Positions 1 through 9,260 are shown, counted from the first letter of the stretch. The stretch: 64,000 nucleotides of DNA from an uncultured virus (IMG/VR IMGVR_UViG_3300014205_004150) (IMGVR_UViG_3300014205_004150); one strand, 5' to 3'. Numbers and translations: made by a program. Notes: generated by a model from the sequence alone, not told the origin.

Positions 1-52
1 AACCACAGCACCAACCACAGCACCAACCACAGCACCAACCACAGCACCAACC
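1..52 (+). repeat. 12-bp coding tandem repeat (AACCACAGCACC) x4+
   Basis: Perfect repeats visible at the window start; encode TTAP. Confidence 0.95.
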
Positions 53-289
53 ATTGTTCCGATACAAACCGCTGTAGTTATACAAACACAATCTTTAAAT
101 TCAACGTGGTTACAAACTTTTGGTGAACAAACGACCAGCGGAGATTTTTTTTCATTTAGTAACATCTACTTTGTAGTGTTAATTGTAATCATATGTGTCA
201 TTTTAGGGTTTATTCTGGTCAAGTATATCTCATACAGGCTACACAACGAAGAAGACGATGAATATGAAGACGATGATGACGAAGAATAG
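2..289 (+). CDS. 3' end of a membrane-anchored surface protein (Thr/Pro linker, TM helix, acidic tail); truncated by window edge
   Basis: Frame 2 reads (TTAP)x4-TIVPIQTAVVIQTQSLNSTW...IYFVVLIVIICVILGFILVKY...NEEDDEYEDDDDEE* with TAG at 287-289; not in the ORF track. Confidence 0.85.
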   Translation, partial: TTAPTTAPTTAPTTAPTIVPIQTAVVIQTQSLNSTWLQTFGEQTTSGDFFSFSNIYFVVLIVIICVILGFILVKYISYRLHNEEDDEYEDDDDEE

Positions 290-352
290 TATTAAAAACA
301 AAAATTTATTTTTATAACAAGTTTTATATATTTATGTTGCATATATATATTT

Positions 353-1018
353 ATGACTGTAAAGTATAAAAGTAAAAAAACACGTGTAAAACCAAAAACC
401 GCGCAACGGTCATATAGAATACCACGCGCGGTTACAGGATATACGCCAACAGGTGCCACAGCAACCCCACAAGAAGCAATGTGGCAAGGTATGCAACAAA
501 ACATACAACAACGTGTGGTAGACAGAAACTTACCATATGACTATTATATGACCGCTGAAGACAAAATTATGCAGCAACAACTCGAAGCAAAATACGCACA
601 GATGGCTCAAAAAGAACAAAGAAACATTTATTCAGGAAATAGTTGCGGGTCAAGTTGTGGAACAAGTTCATATAAAACACCGGTTTCGAGTTCTAGCACT
701 TCGGGGTGCAAGAACCCGAGGGTTGAGCGGTTAACACTATCTCAAATACAAAAATGGGGAGGAGAATTCGAAAAAGTTGGAAATTCTGTCAACATATACC
801 GAGATGGCGTGTTGATAAAATCTGCTCCATTAGACAAAAAATTAGAAGCGCCACCCGGTGGGGATTTAAGAGTAAATGCACCTGCACCTGCAGGCTGGAC
901 AGACCCATGCCGGAGAAATGTTAGCAATCGCCCACAAAAATATAAACCGAAACAAAAACCAAAAAAAACTGTTAAAAAACCACGTGTTTCCCGGAAAAAG
1001 CAGCAAAGGAAGAAATAA
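353..1018 (+). CDS. Hypothetical protein with basic N- and C-terminal tails
   Basis: 221 aa; TATA-like TTTTATATA about 25 nt upstream; ends KPKQKPKKTVKKPRVSRKKQQRKK. Confidence 0.8.
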   Translation: MTVKYKSKKTRVKPKTAQRSYRIPRAVTGYTPTGATATPQEAMWQGMQQNIQQRVVDRNLPYDYYMTAEDKIMQQQLEAKYAQMAQKEQRNIYSGNSCGSSCGTSSYKTPVSSSSTSGCKNPRVERLTLSQIQKWGGEFEKVGNSVNIYRDGVLIKSAPLDKKLEAPPGGDLRVNAPAPAGWTDPCRRNVSNRPQKYKPKQKPKKTVKKPRVSRKKQQRKK

Positions 1019-1082
1019 TTTTTTATAGCAACCATATTTCAAACGTCACAAAACAATTCTAAAATTTTGTTCCATATTTATC

Positions 1083-1898
1083 TCAAATACCCTCCGATTC
1101 AAATTCCAACAACTCGACGAGGATTGAACCTTCTGGCAAATAGTTTGGTTTTTGTTCTTCGGGGCAATATTGACATTCTGCAGGATGCCACGACAACTCG
1201 CCTCTCGCTGCATCTATTAACCACCAATATCCATAGATATCATATGCAAAATCCACAGACCAATACCCCGGCAACTCTTCACCAAAAATCTTCCCCATAG
1301 ATGACAACTGCTCATTTTCATCGCAGCTCATACAATTCAAATAATCTAACCGCTCTTCCCAATCATCTGGAAGTGTGTCGGGGAAGTATGTATCAATTGA
1401 CTCTTTAACCCAATACGGATGAATACATTCAACCACGCCATCTCTTACAAAAACACGACGCTCTCGTGACACCGGCATACCAGCAAAAGCTGTAAACTTT
1501 GATTCAAGTGGTAAAACCTCTCTGAATACTAACGCATCCCACCACAACCCCATAATACCGGCGCATTCATGCCATTCTATAAGACTGGCAACATGCGGTA
1601 TGAGAGATTTTCTATTTTGAACATAACACGTATCTCGCCATTGGTGTTTTCCACTTCCCTGATCCGACCGTAGAAAGAGAGGATACCCGATTTTGTCTGC
1701 TTTGCGATATATTCTTTCTCGAATGTCTTTTGGAATCGGAGTCTCGCCAAGACTTTTAACCATTCTGTGGTGTTCTTCTGTTGATACGGGTAAAAATACC
1801 GTCTTTGGTGTTCTCAAAAAATCTTTAATTTTTGGATACCAGTACAACATACTAGATTCTTCTTCCAATTCTTCCCTAGAAATCATTTTTAACACCAT
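1083..1898 (-). CDS. ATP-grasp-fold protein (DUF4343/R2K-like)
   Basis: PLFLRSDQGSGKH, ERRVFVRDG and WSVDFA..WWLIDA segments resemble ATP-grasp motifs. Confidence 0.6.
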   Translation of the reverse strand: MVLKMISREELEEESSMLYWYPKIKDFLRTPKTVFLPVSTEEHHRMVKSLGETPIPKDIRERIYRKADKIGYPLFLRSDQGSGKHQWRDTCYVQNRKSLIPHVASLIEWHECAGIMGLWWDALVFREVLPLESKFTAFAGMPVSRERRVFVRDGVVECIHPYWVKESIDTYFPDTLPDDWEERLDYLNCMSCDENEQLSSMGKIFGEELPGYWSVDFAYDIYGYWWLIDAARGELSWHPAECQYCPEEQKPNYLPEGSILVELLEFESEGI

Positions 1899-1901
1899 TT
1901 T

Positions 1902-2048
1902 TCACGGTTTGTCAGAACCAGCATATTTGATACGCCTATCTCTAAAAAACGGTTCTTCCCATCCTCTTTTTAACAAGACATCTACGAGGGTATATGCAAC
2001 ACTCGGGATGTCGGTCTCGACATCGAAATAAGCAGTTATCCTAATCAT
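1902..2048 (-). CDS. Small hypothetical protein (48 aa)
   Basis: MIRITAYFDVETDIP...YAGSDKP*; fills the gap upstream of the ATP-grasp gene. Confidence 0.5.
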   Translation of the reverse strand: MIRITAYFDVETDIPSVAYTLVDVLLKRGWEEPFFRDRRIKYAGSDKP

Positions 2049-2098
2049 TTACACAACCAAAATATAATTTTGGTTTTTCAAATAATAAATGTATCGTT

Positions 2099-2413
2099 TC
2101 ACAAACATACCAACGAAATTTCATCTTCGTCAATATCAGAGTCTGATTTGAGTTGCGTAACCACCGCATTCCCGACATGTGTCTTACATATTTCAGCCAT
2201 CTCGCGTTTATATTCTTTATATTTTTCATTGTAATAAGCAACATATATGTAAAATCTATCATCTAATTCTCCAGATTCATACGCCAAACGTGCACGTGCT
2301 ATATGAAACAAACTCGGACGCGGTGGTGGACACGGAAATGGAATATCTACAACAAGTCTAATACCACCATCTTCGGTGTCTATTTTTTCAACACTTCGTA
2401 CAATTGCATTCAT
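2099..2413 (-). CDS. Hypothetical protein
   Basis: Start reassigned to MNAIVR (ATG 2413) after an AT-rich promoter. Confidence 0.6.
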   Translation of the reverse strand: MNAIVRSVEKIDTEDGGIRLVVDIPFPCPPPRPSLFHIARARLAYESGELDDRFYIYVAYYNEKYKEYKREMAEICKTHVGNAVVTQLKSDSDIDEDEISLVCL

Positions 2414-2522
2414 TATCAACAAACCACTCACAATATAATGGATATACCTATATATATTTAATATGGTATAAATTTTTGTATGTTGCAAAACATTTTTATA
2501 TCTTAATAAACAACAATATATT

Positions 2523-2945
2523 ATGCCGAATAGTAGACCTGATTATACAAGACCCGAAAAATTGAATTTTGGACTCAATGCAGAAATACCTCGAAGCATT
2601 GATGTTGCGTGGGGTGCACGTTTGATATACCCAAACCAGATGGTATCAGACAGACAGTCAATGATAGGTTCAAACGCAACTGACAAAAAAATGCTTTTAA
2701 ATTGGTTAAATGGCGGTGTTTTCGCAGCAGCTATGAAAAATGCAAAACTTCTGGCAGATGCACGGGTAATAACCCCGCAGTCGTATGAAACCGTTATCGT
2801 GTACGAAGACGAATCTGGCATTATAAAAGGAAATCCGAATGGTTCCGGCGGTTATTTGTATGTTTGTGCATATTTAAAGCCAGAAAAAACACAAAAAAGA
2901 AAAATAAAAAGAAAAGTCGCTGCTAAAAAATATGTTAAAAAATAA
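2523..2945 (+). CDS. Hypothetical protein with basic C-terminal tail
   Basis: Leaderless TATA; ends KTQKRKIKRKVAAKKYVKK. Confidence 0.8.
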   Translation: MPNSRPDYTRPEKLNFGLNAEIPRSIDVAWGARLIYPNQMVSDRQSMIGSNATDKKMLLNWLNGGVFAAAMKNAKLLADARVITPQSYETVIVYEDESGIIKGNPNGSGGYLYVCAYLKPEKTQKRKIKRKVAAKKYVKK

Positions 2946-3189
2946 ACAAAAACTTTTCGTTCACCTTTTGTATACATAAAATAACATTTTGTGTAAATAA
3001 AATATCGAACATACCACATTTCGATACGTTATATCAAAAACACCCTTATTGATACCCTATGGTATATCAATATTTATATCAATTTTGAACTACCCTAACG
3101 GGCATTTTAGAGATATGATTTTGTATACATAACAAGGGTGAGTCTTGATTATAGAAACTTTTATATATAATCCTACCCAATAATATTGT

Positions 3190-3759
3190 ATGCCAATTAA
3201 AAAGGTAAAAAAAGCAACCACAAAAAAGGGTGTTACAAAGAAAACCGATTCCAGAAAGCGGTTTGAAAAAGAATTCGAAGACCGATATACCGCTCTACCG
3301 AAAATCTCGCAAGATTATAGGGTCGAAGTTAAACCCACAGTTGCATATGGTCGTCTAGAATACAATATATATTTGAACCCGGTTTCTGGAAATGGGAGAG
3401 TTATTTGGTTTGATGGACCTTTCCCGACAAAGAAAGAGGCAGAACAAGCTATTCAAATTAATGGCGGGAGAAAGTCTATCACAAAACAATCAACAAAAAA
3501 GCGTTCTGTTGAGCCTGCTTACAACAAAATAATGAATTTAATAAAATATATGAATGCAACCGCAGACGAGCATGATGTAAATTACTTCCTGAAAAAGAAA
3601 AAAGAACTAGAAAGAGATGGATATATAACTATTTTAACAACAAACCGTCCAGAAGAAGCACATATACACAGCGAGACACTTAATTCTCATGGAAAAACTA
3701 CAAAAATTGTCCCATTCAAATATTTGGACGCGCGTGTATTTGTTCTTTTTGAAAAATAA
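3190..3759 (+). CDS. Hypothetical protein with basic N-terminal tail and SPOR-like segments
   Basis: MPIKKVKKATTKKGVTKK; GPFPTKKEAEQAI. Confidence 0.75.
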   Translation: MPIKKVKKATTKKGVTKKTDSRKRFEKEFEDRYTALPKISQDYRVEVKPTVAYGRLEYNIYLNPVSGNGRVIWFDGPFPTKKEAEQAIQINGGRKSITKQSTKKRSVEPAYNKIMNLIKYMNATADEHDVNYFLKKKKELERDGYITILTTNRPEEAHIHSETLNSHGKTTKIVPFKYLDARVFVLFEK

Positions 3760-3764
3760 TTTTA

Positions 3765-4148
3765 TTATTTTGTTTTCTTTTTTGCAGGCTTCTTTGTGGA
3801 AATACTCTTTGTAACAGAAGCCTTCCTCAAAGTTTTTCGTTTTGGCTCGGATTTTAATCTAGATTCGCGTTTAAGTTTGATTGTCGCATATTCTTCCATA
3901 AGTTTCATAATCACAATTTTTTCAGAAAGTTTCGCACGATTCCAATCTGGAATCCGTGTATATAAAAACATCGCATCTTCTTTATCTATCACCCCCGATG
4001 CAAACAACTCTGATTGCCAATTCATAAACTGATAAAACATATCATATGGAAGATCTCCTACCGATTCTCGTAATCGATTTACCTTTTCTTCAGGTAACGA
4101 TTTTAGTTTTAGTTCCACGTCGTGGACACGTTCTAATATTTTTCCCAT
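3765..4148 (-). CDS. Hypothetical protein with basic C-terminal tail
   Basis: Start MGKILE after GGTGA RBS; ends KSISTKKPAKKKTK. Confidence 0.8.
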   Translation of the reverse strand: MGKILERVHDVELKLKSLPEEKVNRLRESVGDLPYDMFYQFMNWQSELFASGVIDKEDAMFLYTRIPDWNRAKLSEKIVIMKLMEEYATIKLKRESRLKSEPKRKTLRKASVTKSISTKKPAKKKTK

Positions 4149-4149
4149 G

Positions 4150-4596
4150 TCATTCACCACGATTTGCAAAAGAAACATCATTAAAGACAATTCTTTCGCG
4201 GTTTTTCCATATATAGTCAACAACCTTTTCCAAACTGTTCAGTTTACGTTCGCCCGGATTACCCCCACGAACATAAACCCGATACACACCGGTCGGGATA
4301 CGCTCAAAGTTATCATGCGTGTATAATCTTTCAAGAGAAAATAATACCGTCGAATAATCATCAAAACGACTTCGAAGAACAATTCCCCACCGTTTACGGA
4401 CAATATCCCCCTTATAGTTGCGCAAGAGCGCCCGCAATATCAACGCGCTTCTTATAGATTCTTTTGTTGGGTACTCGATTTCATATCTTGGATAAACCCC
4501 ACGTTCATTTCCAACAAAATGATCCAATCGTTTAAGTTTTTTAGGAGCGTTTTTACGGTTTTTAACAGATTTTAGAGTTTTTTTGGTTACCGGCAT
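4150..4596 (-). CDS. Hypothetical protein with basic N-terminal tail
   Basis: MPVTKKTLKSVKNRKNAPKKLKR; leaderless TATA. Confidence 0.75.
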   Translation of the reverse strand: MPVTKKTLKSVKNRKNAPKKLKRLDHFVGNERGVYPRYEIEYPTKESIRSALILRALLRNYKGDIVRKRWGIVLRSRFDDYSTVLFSLERLYTHDNFERIPTGVYRVYVRGGNPGERKLNSLEKVVDYIWKNRERIVFNDVSFANRGE

Positions 4597-4676
4597 AAAT
4601 ATATTATTTGTTTGCACCAACAGATAAAACTTTGCACTGGAAACATTTTTATCCTATGCCAAACATATAAATATAT

Positions 4677-4973
4677 ATGGTCAAAAAAAAGAAAAAGTCA
4701 ACAAAAAAACGCGTTGAACATCCAATAATGAAATGTGGACACCGCGCGCAGGGTGTTGACCAAAAAAACAACCCCGTGTGTGTAATCTGTTTTCCAAGTA
4801 AAGACTCATTAACGGTTGATAAATTTCAATACGGTAATATGGTGAGATTGAAATTGGCAAAATGTTCATATTGCAACAATGTCGCCCCGTCATCACATGA
4901 TTTGCCGTTTTTCACTCCTAAAAAAGATAAGAAATATGATGATTATTATTGTGGTTGCAAGGGGTTGGATTAA
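4677..4973 (+). CDS. Cys-rich (Zn-binding) protein with basic N-terminal tail
   Basis: MVKKKKKSTKKR; CGH, CVIC, CSYC, YCGC. Confidence 0.8.
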   Translation: MVKKKKKSTKKRVEHPIMKCGHRAQGVDQKNNPVCVICFPSKDSLTVDKFQYGNMVRLKLAKCSYCNNVAPSSHDLPFFTPKKDKKYDDYYCGCKGLD

Positions 4974-4974
4974 A

Positions 4975-5325
4975 ATGGTATTAACGCATGAAGATCTTAA
5001 TATGAAACCAGTAAAATATTTGGAATTTTCTGTTGTTTTTTCTGATGGTATTGTCTTGGGAGGACTTCTTACTAAGGCATCTCTAAACGAATCTGACAAA
5101 GAACTTATTGACAATATCAACGAAACTGGACCTCCGCATTGGTTTGAGGGTGGGGTTAAAGCAGTTGGTATTATAAGACATGGTTTTAAGTATTTTTATA
5201 CTACAGATTGGCATTCCGAAAAAGAATATGAAACTTCAAAAAAAGAAATTACAGCAAAAAAGAAAAGAACAGTGAAAAAAAAACCAACCCCAAAAAAACG
5301 GGCAACAAAAGGGAAGAAAAAATGA
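4975..5325 (+). CDS. Hypothetical protein with basic C-terminal tail
   Basis: Start MVLTHE; ends KKKRTVKKKPTPKKRATKGKKK. Confidence 0.75.
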   Translation: MVLTHEDLNMKPVKYLEFSVVFSDGIVLGGLLTKASLNESDKELIDNINETGPPHWFEGGVKAVGIIRHGFKYFYTTDWHSEKEYETSKKEITAKKKRTVKKKPTPKKRATKGKKK

Positions 5326-5519
5326 CAAACACAAAACTTTTCGACAAACTGAAAACAAATGGAAAAATTTACTATGCATTTGGAGAATTCAGAAAAGACA
5401 AAGTTGGCAAGGCTTTTGCGGAGAAAGAAGCGACCCGCATTAGAAATCTTGGGGGTCATGCAAGAATTATAACAAGAAAAACTGGATACCAAGTGTATTC
5501 GGAGTCAAAATATATTTAA
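5322..5519 (+). CDS. Small alpha/beta protein, paralogous to the C-terminus of 62924-63565
   Basis: AEKEATRIRNLGGHARIITRKTGYQVY; ATGA overlap with the upstream gene. Confidence 0.7.
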   Translation: MTNTKLFDKLKTNGKIYYAFGEFRKDKVGKAFAEKEATRIRNLGGHARIITRKTGYQVYSESKYI

Positions 5520-5536
5520 ACGTGAGGTGATTCAAA

Positions 5537-5809
5537 ATTACTACAGCAAAACCTAAAAAGAAAAAACCTGTAAAAAAACGAACCGAAAAGATACGGTATA
5601 TGAAACTTGGTGAAATACCGAAGGTAGGTGATAAAATACAACAACACGGAGGAGGGGAAGTACGTTTTGTTATTGATGTTCTCCCGTACACGGGGAAATA
5701 CAACAACGATTTCATCTGTGTGTTGAGATTATCATCTAGCCAAACTAGAAGTGGATATATTGACATGGCGTGGTCTAACCACGAATATTTTTGGAGGTAT
5801 ATAAAATGA
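5537..5809 (+). CDS. Hypothetical protein with probable ATT start and basic N-terminal tail
   Basis: GAGGTGA RBS 5524-5530, in-frame ATT at 5537, then TTAKPKKKKPVKKRTEKIRY-MKLGE. Confidence 0.65.
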   Translation: MTTAKPKKKKPVKKRTEKIRYMKLGEIPKVGDKIQQHGGGEVRFVIDVLPYTGKYNNDFICVLRLSSSQTRSGYIDMAWSNHEYFWRYIK

Positions 5810-6273
5810 TAAAGAAAAAACCAGCAACTAAAACGAAAACAACTGCCAGAAAACCAAGCAGAAAGGTATCGACAAAGAAAAGAACCGAAAGCCGTGTTGT
5901 TAGTGCAACATGTAAAAAATGTGGGCAAACATTTAAACTTGATATCGGGACAAAATCTAAACAAGAGATAGTAGAAATACTCTCGAAGAGAGATTCTTTC
6001 GAATGCCCGGGACACCACTTTGAACTTTCATCACCGCTTAACTATTGGGTTATTGACTGGGATTCTGTAAAATCTCAAAATGTCCCAACAGATGCAGAGT
6101 GGAAAGCAGATATGAGAAAAAAATATAAGCTTATCAGCTCCGACGAACTTCAGCGCGATTATACTGTAACAGGGTTTAGTTCTGGAGTGTGTGTTGCTAT
6201 CCGTAAGAAAGATGGCGAAAAAGTTTACCTCGAATTTACCAACTCGCCAAGTGGAAAACGATACTACTATTGA
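5806..6273 (+). CDS. Zn-finger-like protein with basic N-terminal tail
   Basis: GGAGGT RBS; MIKKKPATKTKTTARKPSRKVSTKKR; CKKC...CPGHH. Confidence 0.8.
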   Translation: MIKKKPATKTKTTARKPSRKVSTKKRTESRVVSATCKKCGQTFKLDIGTKSKQEIVEILSKRDSFECPGHHFELSSPLNYWVIDWDSVKSQNVPTDAEWKADMRKKYKLISSDELQRDYTVTGFSSGVCVAIRKKDGEKVYLEFTNSPSGKRYYY

Positions 6274-6282
6274 GGAATTGAA

Positions 6283-6486
6283 ATGACAAGCAAAAAGTCA
6301 ACAAGTAAAAGAAGCAGGGCGAACGAATTCATATTGAGAATAGAACTTGGCAACGACGCAATGCAAACCTATGCAAATGTTGCCAGCGCGCTGCGCAAAG
6401 CTGCACAAAAAGTTAGCGACGGTAATGCATATGGAAAAATCATGGATGTGAACGGAAATAGTGTGGGTGAGTTTGGTTTTAGGTGA
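6283..6486 (+). CDS. Small phage-type hypothetical protein with short basic N-terminal tail
   Basis: MTSKKSTSKRSR + FILRIELGNDAM...IMDVNGNSVG. Confidence 0.7.
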   Translation: MTSKKSTSKRSRANEFILRIELGNDAMQTYANVASALRKAAQKVSDGNAYGKIMDVNGNSVGEFGFR

Positions 6487-6491
6487 TTAAA

Positions 6492-6728
6492 ATGCAAACA
6501 AAACCTAAAAAGAGTCCACAAAAAAAGACCCCCAACAAAACGCGGGTGAAAAAAATACCAAAACAAACCGTTGGAAAACAAAACAAACGAGAACGCCGCG
6601 TACGAACATTTATAGATTCTAGAGGTAGAAAATGGTTTGATGATGGATTTGATATCTGGCAGGATGATTATCACGGGGATGATGAAGAGTTTGATGCGCG
6701 CGACCCACGTTATTTTGACAACTGGTGA
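6492..6728 (+). CDS. Bipolar small protein (basic N half, acidic/aromatic C half)
   Basis: AGGTGA RBS; MQTKPKKSPQKKTPNK...WQDDYHGDDEEFD. Confidence 0.7.
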   Translation: MQTKPKKSPQKKTPNKTRVKKIPKQTVGKQNKRERRVRTFIDSRGRKWFDDGFDIWQDDYHGDDEEFDARDPRYFDNW

Positions 6729-6729
6729 A

Positions 6730-6864
6730 TTATCTCCAATTCCACTCCATCTTTCCGGATGAAATGTATATCATTCGGTGCTGACACCAACCCAATTTTT
6801 TGCTCACTTCAACAGAACAATACGCCATCGGGCACATCCAATTTTCTGGTTTTTTTTCTTCCAT
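6730..6864 (-). CDS. Small Cys-containing protein (44 aa)
   Basis: MEEKKPENWMCPMAYC...WCQH...*; below the ORF-track cutoff. Confidence 0.45.
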   Translation of the reverse strand: MEEKKPENWMCPMAYCSVEVSKKLGWCQHRMIYISSGKMEWNWR

Positions 6865-6969
6865 TTTAAAATATCCTGAATGTTATACGTCGTATTATAC
6901 TATATAATTTTGTATTTTTCTTTGACACTTGTAAAAAGGTTTATGTATGTTGTAAACAAACATATATAT

Positions 6970-7251
6970 ATGAGCAAACCGCAGAAAAAACCGATTAAAA
7001 AGCCACCTTCAAAAAGAACCACACATCAAGAAAGCGAAACCGAATTGGCTGTTGTGAGAATTTTCAACGAAACGTACCACACTCTCGGACGGCTGCAAGA
7101 CGGGATTGAAACTGCCATACAAAGAATAAGTGACAACAAAGTAACAAGCGAATCCAGAATTGAGCAACATATTGCAATAACCCGATTGGTAGAACTTGAA
7201 AGTAAAATAGATGCTTTAATGGCATATTGTAGGGTTAGGGTGCCACAATGA
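6970..7251 (+). CDS. Coiled-coil protein with basic N-terminal tail
   Basis: MSKPQKKPIKKPPSKR; leaderless TATA. Confidence 0.75.
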   Translation: MSKPQKKPIKKPPSKRTTHQESETELAVVRIFNETYHTLGRLQDGIETAIQRISDNKVTSESRIEQHIAITRLVELESKIDALMAYCRVRVPQ

Positions 7252-7508
7252 CCAATAAAATAAACAAAGATATTCTGTTTGAAGAATATATAAAAGCACT
7301 TGAACGAAAGATTGGAACCGGGTATTTCATGTCTGGAGACCCGAAACCATCGGAAATGCCGGGCATTGCCCTCAGAATGATGTATGCAATCGATGATAGC
7401 GTCAGAAAAGAAATAAGAAAAGACTGGTTGACACATAATCCAGCATTGAGAGAAGCATGCAGAAAATTAGGAATAAAAACATCTAAAGAACTACGAGAAG
7501 TTTGGTAA
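7248..7508 (+). CDS. Hypothetical protein
   Basis: 86 aa; ATGA-coupled to the upstream gene. Confidence 0.7.
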   Translation: MTNKINKDILFEEYIKALERKIGTGYFMSGDPKPSEMPGIALRMMYAIDDSVRKEIRKDWLTHNPALREACRKLGIKTSKELREVW

Positions 7509-7530
7509 TAGTTAAACGGAAGTGATATAA

Positions 7531-8139
7531 TTGCATGAAAATTTCAAGGTATCTGAAGAAATATTGAATATTGCAGATTATATCTCACACATGACAAAAA
7601 TCAAATTGTATGAATTAAAACGAATCTCACCACGTGCTAATGTTGATGGTATATCCGTGAAATTCTCAACACGATACAAAAAACGGCTTGGCTGTTACGA
7701 TACAAAAAACCGTGTATTCACATATAATATAAAATGGATAGAAGAACATATGAATCATCCAGATTTCAAGAAAGTTCTCGACGAAATAATTGCACACGAA
7801 ACCGCACACGTTGTTTTTCATGACCATGGTCGATATTGGAAATTAATGTGTAGGGCGCTTGGTGGAACTGGTGAAACACGATATAACAATCAACAGTTCA
7901 TTTGTAAGGGGAAATATGTTGCAATATGCCCAAGTTGCAACCACCGGTGGTATTCAGATAAAAAAGCACGCGGTGGATATTGTGGATATTGCGCAAAACG
8001 TGGGATAAAATCTTCGGTAGAATTTAAATTGTGCGCAGAAATTGAAAACGAATATTGCCAATCAACTCAAAAACGATATCAAAAAAGAAACACCAAAAAA
8101 TCGACAAAAATAAGTTTTAGACCCATAAAACCACACTAA
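7531..8139 (+). CDS. SprT-like zinc metalloprotease with Zn ribbon
   Basis: IAHETAH..HDHG..WK motif followed by CPSC and CGYC. Confidence 0.8.
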   Translation: MHENFKVSEEILNIADYISHMTKIKLYELKRISPRANVDGISVKFSTRYKKRLGCYDTKNRVFTYNIKWIEEHMNHPDFKKVLDEIIAHETAHVVFHDHGRYWKLMCRALGGTGETRYNNQQFICKGKYVAICPSCNHRWYSDKKARGGYCGYCAKRGIKSSVEFKLCAEIENEYCQSTQKRYQKRNTKKSTKISFRPIKPH

Positions 8140-8169
8140 TTTAAATACAGTAAAACCAATAATTGTAAC

Positions 8170-8832
8170 ATGAAAACAAAATTGTTTTTTGTATCTCTAA
8201 TACTTATAATATATCTTGTCGGCATTGGCGGTTCGATAAATGTCGAAAATAAAAAATATATCGACACGTTTAAAGACTACGAATTTTCAAACAAATCTGA
8301 TTGGACAATTTTAAACCTCGAAAATAGTGGTTACACATCACAAGAAATAAAAATTATGCTTGATTCGATATATGCATATAATGTAATAAATTACACAATA
8401 AAAGATATACAACGAGACACAGACGAACTTCTATTTTACACAACTCCAGCCACAATTGGTTCGACATACCATATTTTTGGAAAAGAAAATTATACGCTCG
8501 TATTATTAAATAAACACGATTACCAAACAACTACAGACAGATTTCTATATAGAATAGTTGGTGGAGGGTTGCCACAACGAGCATATGCACTAACAAAACA
8601 CGGAGATTCAAATTACGATGCCGCGCTACGAATATTGCACGAAATATCACACGGGAAACAATTGGATGCAGATGGAATGTTTACAACCCAACGTGACAAT
8701 TTTTCTCAATGGTTAAATACAACAAACCACCCATACAAAAACAACTATCACGAGAGACCATTTCAAAATTATAAAACAATCGAACTAGAGCAATTATATC
8801 TCGACTATCATTTGTGGCTGTACACAACATAA
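8170..8832 (+). CDS. Secreted zincin-like protein
   Basis: N-terminal hydrophobic signal, LHEISH, five N-X-S/T sequons. Confidence 0.65.
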   Translation: MKTKLFFVSLILIIYLVGIGGSINVENKKYIDTFKDYEFSNKSDWTILNLENSGYTSQEIKIMLDSIYAYNVINYTIKDIQRDTDELLFYTTPATIGSTYHIFGKENYTLVLLNKHDYQTTTDRFLYRIVGGGLPQRAYALTKHGDSNYDAALRILHEISHGKQLDADGMFTTQRDNFSQWLNTTNHPYKNNYHERPFQNYKTIELEQLYLDYHLWLYTT

Positions 8833-8954
8833 CCAACACGCCACACGGGGTTCACCACGTTGTTCTGTTGGACTTTGTGATGGTGGGTGGTATGATTAGA
8901 CCATCGAAATTTGAAATTCGGGCAATGCGATTGTCATCAAAAAAGTATACAAAA

Positions 8955-9257
8955 TTAATAGAAAACAAACTCTATAGCTGAATGTATAAAACCGTACACT
9001 GGAGTACCGCTTGGCAACTTAGATCTAAAATATCTTACATGCCAATCTTTACTCATCGGCAAATAAGAATCGTACCCAAGATATTGTTCTATGTCTCTCA
9101 AATCTTCTCTATCTATATATTTTAAAAATGTATCTCGTTTGACATCAATAGAATTGTCTATAATATATTGTAATTCGCGTACCTTTTCGCCACGACAGTC
9201 AACACAGGTATATCGAAACCTCATACCGCTCGTTCTTTTTCTAGTAGATTTCTGCAT
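8955..9257 (-). CDS. Phage-type hypothetical protein
   Basis: 100 aa, TTG start; MQKSTRKRT...KDWHVRY...HSAIEFVF. Confidence 0.7.
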   Translation of the reverse strand: MQKSTRKRTSGMRFRYTCVDCRGEKVRELQYIIDNSIDVKRDTFLKYIDREDLRDIEQYLGYDSYLPMSKDWHVRYFRSKLPSGTPVYGFIHSAIEFVFY

Positions 9258-9260
9258 TGT

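Noticed and set aside
1..52. Tandem repeat as a CRISPR array or non-coding repeat
   Set aside because: The 12-bp unit has no spacers and is in frame as a TTAP linker of a membrane protein.
742..6674. Phe-rich minus-strand ORFs (742-1035, 5196-5492, 5467-6018, 6369-6674) as membrane proteins
   Set aside because: They are antisense shadows of Lys-rich (AAA) coding sequence.
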